NCBI GenBank assembly: GCA_965218295.1
Contig: CBDCKN010000017.1
Span: 70,088 to 134,087 of the forward strand
Source: Longimicrobiales bacterium
GTDB taxonomy: Bacteria > Gemmatimonadota > Gemmatimonadetes > Longimicrobiales > Gaopeijiaceae
Direction: 5' to 3'
DNA: 64,000 nucleotides
The notes beneath the pieces were generated by a model. The model was not told where the DNA came from. It searched no databases and saw nothing but the letters and a program-made list of their open reading frames with translations. Every line of letters starts with the position of its first letter. Position 1 is the stretch's first letter. The position numbers and the translations under genes were made by a program. Shown in pieces: positions 53,279-60,699 of this stretch.

Positions 53279-54103
53279 ATGGTTTTTCTCCCCAACCGCA
53301 AAGTCGACATCGATGCCCACGCGAGTCGTCTCTACGACGCCTGGCTCGGATCCATCGAGGAGCGCCTAGAAGACCCCTCCTGCGATCGCTACGAGCTTTG
53401 CCGGACGGTCCTGACGGAGATCCATTACCCGGATCTGGCCGGTGTCGATCCCGAGACCCTTCCCCCTTCGACTCAAGTCCTTCTGGCGCAGATGGACGCC
53501 CGGAGCGTCACCCTGGAGCCCGAGTACTACGCCGAGACCGACCTGGAGCGCTACGCTCGGGTGAAGCCCCTCATCTGGCTCTGGGAGGGGTTCGACAGGA
53601 GCGCCCTGGGCGAGAACGTCTACCTGGGGGTCAAGTTCCGGAGGATCCTCGCGCAGCGCATCTTCCGGAGCTGCGGAAGGAACTTCAAGGCCTTTCACCA
53701 CGTGAAGCTCTCCTTCGGCTACAACCTCGAAGTGGGAGACGGCGTCGTGGTACACCGCCACGTGCTCCTGGACGACCGGGGCGGAATCCGGCTCGGGAAT
53801 GGCGCCTCCGTCTCGGACTTCGCCAACATCTACAGCCACTCCCACGACGTGGTGGAGGTCAGGGACATCACCACTCCCGTGACCGTCATCGGGGATGGCG
53901 TCCGGATCACCTACCACGCCACCGTGATGTCGGGGGTCCATCTCGCCGACGGCACCATGCTCGGGTCGTTCGGGATGGCCACCCGGGACACGGACCCCCA
54001 CACCATCTACGCGGGGATCCCGGCAAAGAAGATCAATGACAAGCCGGTTCGCGAGCGGCCGCCAGCCACGCCCGATCCCCTTGCCGACGATCCGGACGAG
54101 TAG
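53279..54103 (+). CDS. left-handed beta-helix (hexapeptide-repeat) acyltransferase
   Basis: Hexapeptide turns VGDGVVVHRHVLLDDRGGIRLGNGASVSDFANIY...VIGDGVRITYHATVMSGVHLADGTMLG. AGAGG 5 nt upstream of the ATG at 53279; the track ORF begins at 53138. Confidence 0.72.
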   Translation: MVFLPNRKVDIDAHASRLYDAWLGSIEERLEDPSCDRYELCRTVLTEIHYPDLAGVDPETLPPSTQVLLAQMDARSVTLEPEYYAETDLERYARVKPLIWLWEGFDRSALGENVYLGVKFRRILAQRIFRSCGRNFKAFHHVKLSFGYNLEVGDGVVVHRHVLLDDRGGIRLGNGASVSDFANIYSHSHDVVEVRDITTPVTVIGDGVRITYHATVMSGVHLADGTMLGSFGMATRDTDPHTIYAGIPAKKINDKPVRERPPATPDPLADDPDE

Positions 54104-54190
54104 GCAATCCCCCGCGGAGGTCGCGAGGCCAGCCGGGGATGACCTCGGAACGGGTACCGGCGACTCCGGATTCTGACGAGTCCCGAAGGC

Positions 54191-56149
54191 TTATCCCTCT
54201 TCGGCCTCGTACTGCTTCTGCAGCCGCTCCACAACCGCCGGTTCGGCCAACGTCGTGGTGTCGCCCAGAGCATGGCCTTCTGCCACGTCCTTCAGCAGAC
54301 GTCGCATGATCTTGCCTGATCTGGTCTTGGGCAGGTCCGCGGTGAAGACGATGATCTCGGGACGGGCGATGGCCCCGATCTTCTCGACTACGTGGCCCTT
54401 CAGCTCGCCTTCGAGCTCGTCGCTGCCGTTAAGGCCCTGCTTGAGCGTCACGAAGGCGGCGATGGCCTGACCCTTCACGTCGTGCGACTTGCCGACGACG
54501 GCCGCTTCGACCACGGCCTCGTGGTCGACGAGCGCGCTCTCCACCTCCATAGTCCCGATTCGATGGCCGGCCACGTTGAGCACGTCGTCCACGCGGCCCA
54601 GAATCCAGAGGTATCCGTCGTCGTCGAGCTTGGCGCCGTCGCCGGGGAAGTAGATCCCGTCCCACTTGGACCAGTACGTCGCGCGGTACCGCTCCTCGTC
54701 ACCGTAGATGGTGCGCAGCATGGCGGGCCATGGCTCCGTGATGGCGAGGAAGCCGGCCTTCACCTCGTTGCCGTCATCGTCGAGAATGGTGGCCGAGATG
54801 CCGGGGAAGGGCTCGGTGGCGCTGCCCGGGCGGGTCTCGGTCACAGCGGGGAGGGGTGTAATCATGATGGCCCCCGTCTCGGTCTGCCACCACGTGTCGA
54901 CGATGGGGCACTGCTCGCCTCCGATCACCTCGCGATACCACATCCAGGCTTCGGGGTTGATGGGCTCCCCCACAGTCCCCAGGAGCCTCAGCTTGGACAG
55001 GTCGTGCTTTGCCGGCCACTCGTCACCCCACTTCATGAAGGCGCGGATGGCCGTGGGTGCCGTGTAGAAGACCGTGACTCCGTACTTGGCACACAGCTCC
55101 CAGAATCGGTCGTTCTCCGGCCAGTTGGGGGCCCCTTCGTACATGAGGGCCGTAGCGCCGTTCGCCAGTGGCCCGTAGACGATGTAGCTGTGCCCCGTGA
55201 CCCAGCCCACGTCGGCCGTGCACCAGTAGACGTCGTCCTCCCTGAGATCGAAGACGCACTTGGTCGTGGCGTACACTTGCGTGAGGTAGCCACCCGTGGT
55301 GTGGACCACACCCTTCGGCTTGCCGGTGGTCCCCGACGTATACAGGATGTAGAGCAGGTCCTCCGCATCCATGATCTCGGGCGGACAGTTGGCGCCGGCA
55401 TCGGCGACGAGCTCGTGATACCAGTGGTCCCGGCCCTCTTCCATATGCGCGTCGACCTCGGCGGTGAGTCCTGCGCCACGGGCCACGACCACCACGCTCT
55501 CAATGGTCGGGCACGACTCGACGGCCTTGTCGGAGTTGACCTTGAGGGGCACGATCCCACCTCGTCGGTAGCCTCCGTCGGCGGTGATGAGCACCTTCGC
55601 CTCGGCGTCGTTGATCCGGTCTGCCAGGGACTCCGGGCTGAAGCCGCCAAAGACCACCGAATGGGGGGCTCCGATCCGCGAGCACGCCAGCATGGCGATG
55701 GCCGCCTCCGGGATCATGGGCAGGTAGATGGCCACCCGATCGCCCTTCCCAACCCCCAGGCCCTTCAGAGCGTTGGCGAACTGGCACACCTCCCGGTGCA
55801 GGCTCCAGTAGGTGTAGACTCGGGTGTCGCCGGGTTCTCCCTCCCAGATCAGGGCCGCCTTGTTACGACGAGGGCCGTCCAGGTGGCGGTCCAGACAGTT
55901 ATGGGAGACGTTGAGCTTTCCGCCCACGAACCACTTCGCGTGGGGCGGATCCCATTCGAGAACCGTGTGCCACTTCTCGAACCAATCCAACTCCTCCGCC
56001 CAGGACTCCCAGAACGCCTGACGATCGTCGGCGGCCTGATCGTAGGGTCGTCGATCCTCCACGACCGCCCCTCCCTTGAAGTGCTTCGGTGGGGGAAAGC
56101 GACGTTCTTCCGTCAGGAGTACATCGAGAATTCCGCCTTCGGCACTCAT
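54191..56149 (-). CDS. acs: acetyl-coenzyme A synthetase
   Basis: AMP-binding motif [20 protein letters not shown]-terminal [12 protein letters not shown], 652 aa. Confidence 0.96.
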   Translation of the reverse strand: MSAEGGILDVLLTEERRFPPPKHFKGGAVVEDRRPYDQAADDRQAFWESWAEELDWFEKWHTVLEWDPPHAKWFVGGKLNVSHNCLDRHLDGPRRNKAALIWEGEPGDTRVYTYWSLHREVCQFANALKGLGVGKGDRVAIYLPMIPEAAIAMLACSRIGAPHSVVFGGFSPESLADRINDAEAKVLITADGGYRRGGIVPLKVNSDKAVESCPTIESVVVVARGAGLTAEVDAHMEEGRDHWYHELVADAGANCPPEIMDAEDLLYILYTSGTTGKPKGVVHTTGGYLTQVYATTKCVFDLREDDVYWCTADVGWVTGHSYIVYGPLANGATALMYEGAPNWPENDRFWELCAKYGVTVFYTAPTAIRAFMKWGDEWPAKHDLSKLRLLGTVGEPINPEAWMWYREVIGGEQCPIVDTWWQTETGAIMITPLPAVTETRPGSATEPFPGISATILDDDGNEVKAGFLAITEPWPAMLRTIYGDEERYRATYWSKWDGIYFPGDGAKLDDDGYLWILGRVDDVLNVAGHRIGTMEVESALVDHEAVVEAAVVGKSHDVKGQAIAAFVTLKQGLNGSDELEGELKGHVVEKIGAIARPEIIVFTADLPKTRSGKIMRRLLKDVAEGHALGDTTTLAEPAVVERLQKQYEAEEG

Positions 56150-56286
56150 TCAGCTACCTCCAAGCGTAGGGACGATTCGATCGGCGTGTCGGATCCGGGG
56201 CGGCAGGGAAAAGGTCCGACCGGCGTCGGAGCGTGAGATTAGGGGAGTGTTGTAGAGTCGGGCAAGCGTTCCGCGGACGTGTTCGG

Positions 56287-56847
56287 CTAGCCACCGCCGT
56301 CGTGAAGCAGCCTGAATTCCTCTCGAGCCATGGCCCGTTCGAACGCCGCCACGGCGGCGGACGCCAGAGCCGAGACGGCATTCGCCCCGGCCCTCATTGC
56401 CTTGGCGGGAATTCGGAGCTTGAGGCGAACCTCACTCTCGGCCTGGTCGGGATCCTGGTCCGGTCCGTTGAGGCGAAGGCGAACGGTGAGGGGGGTCCGA
56501 TACCCTTCGGGCATGCACTCCTCAGTCATGCGGGCGAGAGAGGTCAGGAGTTCCTTCATGGGCCCGAGGCTGGCCAGCTCCGGGCCTTCCACGACCAGTG
56601 CCAGATTGCCCTTCAGACCCTTCGAGGTCTCGTCCAGGAACACATCGATGCTCACGAAATCGGGGGCTCGCTCGTTGTGGAAGAAGAGGTAGGCGCTCCT
56701 TGAGGTCTCCCCTTCCCACCGTCCCTCGAACTGGTGACTCGTCGTCTTCTGTAGACCCGACAGTTCCCAGCCTGCCCTCGATACCCCATCCTGAACGGCT
56801 TCGATGAGCGGCTCCAGGGTCAGAAGTGGCTCACTCGTCGTCGTCAT
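56287..56847 (-). CDS. hypothetical protein
   Basis: 186-aa ORF, divergent from the Fur-family gene. No motif recognised. Coding is inferred from length and its position between well-supported genes. Confidence 0.45.
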   Translation of the reverse strand: MTTTSEPLLTLEPLIEAVQDGVSRAGWELSGLQKTTSHQFEGRWEGETSRSAYLFFHNERAPDFVSIDVFLDETSKGLKGNLALVVEGPELASLGPMKELLTSLARMTEECMPEGYRTPLTVRLRLNGPDQDPDQAESEVRLKLRIPAKAMRAGANAVSALASAAVAAFERAMAREEFRLLHDGGG

Positions 56848-56882
56848 GGATCAACACCGAGGTTCAAGGGTATGGCGGCAAC

Positions 56883-57353
56883 ATGTCCAGAGCATCCAAG
56901 TTCAGCGACCAGATCCTCCGTGAGGCACTCGAGGCACGGGGGCATCGCTTCACCGATCAGCGCGCGGCGGTCTATCGGCTTCTCGCTCATACCACCGTCC
57001 ACCCCACGGCGGACGAAGTGTTTCTCGGCGTGAGGGACGAGGTGCCCGGAATCTCGCTGGCCACCGTGTACAAGAGCCTCGAGACTCTCGTGTCGTGCGA
57101 TCTCACCAGCAAGCTCAGTCATGCCGACGGGTCGGCTCGCTACGACGGGAGGACCGATCCTCACCACCATGCCAGGTGTCTCGCCTGTGGATCCGTGTTC
57201 GACGTCCCGGGCCAGCTCCGTGACTCCGAGCTCTCCCACGTCCGGTCGGAGGCCAATGGCTTCCACGTCACCGGGTATCAGCTGGAGCTCACGGGATACT
57301 GCCCGGAGTGCGCTCAGAAGATAGATGGCGAGGCGGCCGCCGCCGTCGGCTGA
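56883..57353 (+). CDS. Fur-family metalloregulator
   Basis: Winged-helix region RFTDQRAAVYRLLAHTTVHPTADEV...SLATVYKSLETL. Metal sites HHHARCLACG and CPEC. ATG at 56883. Confidence 0.85.
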   Translation: MSRASKFSDQILREALEARGHRFTDQRAAVYRLLAHTTVHPTADEVFLGVRDEVPGISLATVYKSLETLVSCDLTSKLSHADGSARYDGRTDPHHHARCLACGSVFDVPGQLRDSELSHVRSEANGFHVTGYQLELTGYCPECAQKIDGEAAAAVG

Positions 57354-57396
57354 AGATATTACCCTGGGCGTGCTCGCTCGGCTCCCAGCCCTCAGG

Positions 57397-57606
57397 GGTG
57401 AGATTCTCCTGGACGATCTTTCCCTCGCCCCCTACGGCACCGCATCCGGACCCGTAAGCATCTCGCCGAACGCTGAACAAGGAGACGGGCGCATTCGGGC
57501 ACCGCTTCTCGAGCGGATCTGGAGGCCCTCCCTGACTGGAGCCTTTCGTGGGATCAAGGACTCTCTCGATCCTACAGGCATTCTCAATCCCGGTGTGATC
57601 CTGCCA
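57397..57606 (+). pseudogene. C-terminal remnant of a GlcD-like FAD-linked oxidase
   Basis: GEILLDD...ISPNAEQGDGRIRAPLLERIWRPSLTGAFRGIKDSLDPTGILNPGVILP matches the family ending (ISGEHGxG...IKxxxDPxGILNPGK). No FAD-binding domain lies upstream, because fur ends at 57353. Confidence 0.5.
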
Positions 57607-57635
57607 CTTCCCGGCCAGGACCCACTGGAGGGGTT

Positions 57636-59258
57636 GTGGCCCCGGTACGGCGGGGCGTCGTGACGAGCCCTCGTGCCTTGTTGCTGGGCCTCGGCGCCCT
57701 GCTGATCACGTCCGCGCTCTGGAGGCCCGGCGCATCGGTAGGCGCCGACTCCATGACGTCGTCAGACCAACAGAGCCCCCCGGAGGAGAGCACTCCACCC
57801 CCACGGCCGCCCGGCCCCGAGGTCGAGGCGCTCCGCCGCGACCTGTCCGGATTCCTGGACGGCACGCGGCTGCGATCCGCGGAGTGGAGCGTTCTCGTCG
57901 TCTCGCTCGATCGGGGGGATACGCTCTTTGCCCGGAACGAGAGCCTCCTCGTCACCCCGGCTTCCAACATAAAGGTGGTGACGACGGCCGCCGCGCTCCA
58001 CTTCCTGGGCCCCTCCTTCACGTACCAGACCTTCCTCCTCGGCGACGGCCCCGTGGAAGAAGGGCACCTCCGGGGTGATCTAATCCTGTATGGAACCGGA
58101 GACCCGGGGATCTCGGATCGGTTCTTCCTTACACGCACTCGTGTGTTCGAGAACCTGGCGGAGCAGCTGGCCGCCGAGGGCATCACCCACATCGACGGAG
58201 CCATCGTGGGTGACGCAACGTATTTTTCGGGGCCAGACCTTGGGCCCGAGTGGAATCCGAGGGATCTCAACGAGAGGTTCGCGGCGCCCGCCTCCGCGCT
58301 CTCGTTCAACGAGAATATCGTCACGTTGCGGATCACTCCCGCAGCCCGCCTGGGGGGCGTGCCCACCATCGAGACCATCCCGCCCGGATTCCCCCTGGAA
58401 ATGAACAACACCGCCGAGACGGTCGCGGGGCGACCGCGGCCGAGACTGTGGCTCGATCGGCCAACGCCGACCTCCCTTATTCGGGTCGACGGCGAGATCA
58501 CCCAGGGCGGCCCGGCCATCTGGCGGCGTCTCACCGTTCCGGATCCCGCCCTGTTCGCCGCCCGAGCCCTGCGCGAGGTGTTGGAATCCCGGGGCTTCAC
58601 CGTGGGCGACGGTTCCAGAGCCGTTCACCGAGCCGACCGATCCCGGATCACCGGCCGGGAGGCTTGGGCCCCGAGGCTCATGGAAGACGCAGAGCCGCGC
58701 ATTCTGGCCCGCCATTCCTCACCGGAGATGATCGAGTATCTGAACGTGGTCAACCACGATAGCCACAACCTCTTCGCCGAGACCATCTTCAAGACCATGG
58801 GCAAGGTCGTGATGGGTCAATCCTTCGAGGGAGGCGCACGAGCGGTCCGGGCCTTCACGGCTGGTGAAGTCGGGCTGGACGATCGCGACATCGTCGCGGT
58901 GGACGGCTCGGGGCTCTCGGACAGCAACCGGGCGACGGCAGGCGGATTGGTAGGGGTCCTGCGGTACGTAGCCGCGACGCCTCACTGGGATGCGTTCGTC
59001 TCCACGCTTCCCGAAGCGGGGCGTTCGCTGCGCCGGATGTACCGGACCCGGGCGGCCCGAAATCTCCGGGCCAAGACGGGGACGATTGACGGAGTCTCAG
59101 CCCTTACGGGAGTAGTCTCGGCACGGAACGGTGAAAGGCTGCTCTTCAGCATCCTCTCCAACGACGTCCCATCGACGAGCGCCGCCAAACGGGTGGAGGA
59201 TCGGATCGGGGCCAGGCTCGCCGACTTTCGGAGAGCCGCGCTCGACCCACCAGGCTAG
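57636..59258 (+). CDS. dacB: D-alanyl-D-alanine carboxypeptidase/endopeptidase (PBP4, S13 family)
   Basis: Signal peptide LLLGLGALLITSALW, SxxK motif PASNIKV, SGLS and KTGT motifs. 540 aa; alternative GTG start at 57660. Confidence 0.87.
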   Translation: MAPVRRGVVTSPRALLLGLGALLITSALWRPGASVGADSMTSSDQQSPPEESTPPPRPPGPEVEALRRDLSGFLDGTRLRSAEWSVLVVSLDRGDTLFARNESLLVTPASNIKVVTTAAALHFLGPSFTYQTFLLGDGPVEEGHLRGDLILYGTGDPGISDRFFLTRTRVFENLAEQLAAEGITHIDGAIVGDATYFSGPDLGPEWNPRDLNERFAAPASALSFNENIVTLRITPAARLGGVPTIETIPPGFPLEMNNTAETVAGRPRPRLWLDRPTPTSLIRVDGEITQGGPAIWRRLTVPDPALFAARALREVLESRGFTVGDGSRAVHRADRSRITGREAWAPRLMEDAEPRILARHSSPEMIEYLNVVNHDSHNLFAETIFKTMGKVVMGQSFEGGARAVRAFTAGEVGLDDRDIVAVDGSGLSDSNRATAGGLVGVLRYVAATPHWDAFVSTLPEAGRSLRRMYRTRAARNLRAKTGTIDGVSALTGVVSARNGERLLFSILSNDVPSTSAAKRVEDRIGARLADFRRAALDPPG

Positions 59259-59539
59259 GAGCCTGCCCGAGTAATGGGGCGAGCCACGAGAGGAGGACTG
59301 GAGGCGCGTCCCACCGCCGAGCGCAGTCGCCTGCGCAGCTCAACCTCCGACATCGTGGCCAGCGCTCGTTCAGCAGTGCCGAGGCTGTTCCAGCGCACGT
59401 CCAGGAGGTTCACGCCTTCATCGTCAGTCCCACCCCTGGGGTGGAGGTGGAGGTAGTAGCGACCCTTGTAGTCCGTCCCCGACTCCGATCGTACGAGGGC
59501 CACCCAGGCGCGTCGGTCTTCGTCCAGGAATTCCGTCAT
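59255..59539 (-). CDS. hypothetical small protein (94 aa)
   Basis: MTEFLDEDRRAWVALVRSESGTDYKGRYYLHLHPRGG... The ATG at 59539 lies downstream of the AraC-like fragment on the same strand. The last ~11 codons are encoded by the reverse complement of the repeat head. Confidence 0.4.
   Translation of the reverse strand: MTEFLDEDRRAWVALVRSESGTDYKGRYYLHLHPRGGTDDEGVNLLDVRWNSLGTAERALATMSEVELRRRLRSAVGRASSPPLVARPITRAGS
59258..59287 (+). repeat. head motif of the local repeat family, overlapping the dacB stop codon
   Basis: GGAGCCTGCCCGAGTAATGGGGCGAGCCAC differs from the head at 21656 (GGAGCCTGTCGGAGTAATGGGGCGAGCCGC) at only 3-4 positions. Similarity is lost after about 30 nt. Confidence 0.7.
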
Positions 59540-59589
59540 GAGATTCGCTTGCCGTTGATCATTTGGGCACCCACAAGCGCCGGCCGAAA

Positions 59590-59901
59590 TCAGGCCACTG
59601 ATGCTCGCGACGCAGCCGAGATTTCGAACCCGCAATCGCGGAGAAAGTGCCTGAGCACGAATGACAGCCCCCCCCTCGCGGCCACCATCGTGGGTGTGGC
59701 GCCGGTATAGCTCTTCAGAGCCCTGCGGAACGCCGCCCCGGATGAATACTCCAGCTGCCGGCTGACGCTCTGCCCCGTCCGCCCGGGATCCCCCAGCCAG
59801 TGACCCGCATGGAGGAGCCGCGACCACACCAGGAGGCGTCCGATGGCCGGCAGACCGGCCCTCTTCAGGCCTACGCTCAAGAAGGGTCGAGAGAGACCCA
59901 T
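59590..59901 (-). CDS. AraC-type helix-turn-helix fragment (probable 3-prime part of a frameshifted regulator gene)
   Basis: GLSRPFLSVGLKRAGL...RLLHAGHWL...GQSVSRQLEYSSGAAFRRALKSYTGATP (two AraC HTH units). The frame stays open upstream as WSAEEFSDL with no start codon needed. Confidence 0.6.
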   Translation of the reverse strand: MGLSRPFLSVGLKRAGLPAIGRLLVWSRLLHAGHWLGDPGRTGQSVSRQLEYSSGAAFRRALKSYTGATPTMVAARGGLSFVLRHFLRDCGFEISAASRASVA

Positions 59902-60260
59902 GAGGTCGGAAAACTCCTCGGCCGACCAGCACTGTGGACTTGGTCCAGTGCGAGCCTCAGAGCCTTCGTTTCACGCGGTGGAAGCTCCGGGCTCACCTCA
60001 CGAAGCACCCGAGACGTCACGCCTCTCTCTCTCGCCTTGTCGACGCTTCTCAACAGTCGCCAGGCCTGATCTTCACTGCCCAGCAGAACCAGGCTCCGGA
60101 AACCGAGGCGTCCCACCTCGAAGAGAGTTCGCGGATCCTCCTTGGCACTGGCCAGAAGAACGAATCCCACGCTCGGAAAGTCCCGCCGCAACCTCAGAAG
60201 CCGCTCCAGCCCGCCCGGACCCCATCCCATGGACGTCAGATCGACCAGGCACACGCTCAC
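59877..60260 (-). CDS. receiver-like (pseudo-receiver) fragment (probable 5-prime part of the same frameshifted regulator gene)
   Basis: VCLVDLTSMGWGPGGLERLLRLRRDFPSVGFVLLAS resembles the beta3-alpha3-beta4 region of a response-regulator receiver. It overlaps the HTH fragment by 25 nt in another frame. Receiver-like sequence continues upstream of the first start codon. Confidence 0.5.
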   Translation of the reverse strand: MSVCLVDLTSMGWGPGGLERLLRLRRDFPSVGFVLLASAKEDPRTLFEVGRLGFRSLVLLGSEDQAWRLLRSVDKARERGVTSRVLREVSPELPPRETKALRLALDQVHSAGRPRSFPTSWVSLDPS

Positions 60261-60430
60261 CGGCCGCTCCCGAAGCGACAGCGCAAGCCAGCCGAGCGTT
60301 CTGGACTCGGCGACGTCGTGTACCGCCGAGAGGGCATCTCGGAGGCTGGACTGGACCCGTGGATCCCTTGTTGAACGTGCTTGCGAGCGCCATGACCTTC
60401 GGAAAAGATATACCCGTGGTCGGAAATGAT

Positions 60431-60452
60431 TGCGGCATCCAGGGATGCCGCA
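60431..60452. promoter_or_regulatory. perfect 10-bp-arm inverted repeat in the divergent region upstream of the small lipoprotein gene
   Basis: TGCGGCATCC-AG-GGATGCCGCA (10-bp arms, 2-nt spacer), read directly from the sequence. It lies 69 nt upstream of the lipoprotein ATG. Confidence 0.45.
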
Positions 60453-60520
60453 TCCACCTTTATCAAGTTATGTGGTGCAGTCGAGCCTTACCAGCCCCAC
60501 TTTCCGAGGACATCGGTCTC

Positions 60521-60697
60521 ATGAGGAAGCTTCGCCTCTTATTCGCCGTCGCCGCCCTCTCCTTCGCATTGGGTGCCTGCTCGTCCCCCGCCGGCCTAGA
60601 CTGCGCCGCCGGAGATAGCTTGTGCCAGCAGCATAATCCTGGAAGCAATGGGCATAACCCCGGGAGCAACGGGCACAACCCGGGCAGTAACGGCTAA
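60521..60697 (+). CDS. 58-aa lipoprotein with three C-terminal HNPGSNG repeats
   Basis: Signal peptide plus lipobox MRKLRLLFAVAALSFALGAC. Mature part CSSPAGLDCAAGDSLCQQ(HNPGSNG)x3. The repeat codons differ only at synonymous sites. Confidence 0.7.
   Translation: MRKLRLLFAVAALSFALGACSSPAGLDCAAGDSLCQQHNPGSNGHNPGSNGHNPGSNG
60632..60694 (+). repeat. 3 x 21-bp in-frame tandem repeat encoding HNPGSNG
   Basis: cataatcctggaagcaatggg / cataaccccgggagcaacggg / cacaacccgggcagtaacggc. Confidence 0.95.
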
Positions 60698-60699
60698 GG

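Noticed and set aside
60632-60694. A short regularly spaced repeat that might be mistaken for a mini-CRISPR or VNTR.
   Set aside because: The repeats are contiguous with no spacers, in frame, and encode identical heptapeptides inside a lipoprotein ORF.
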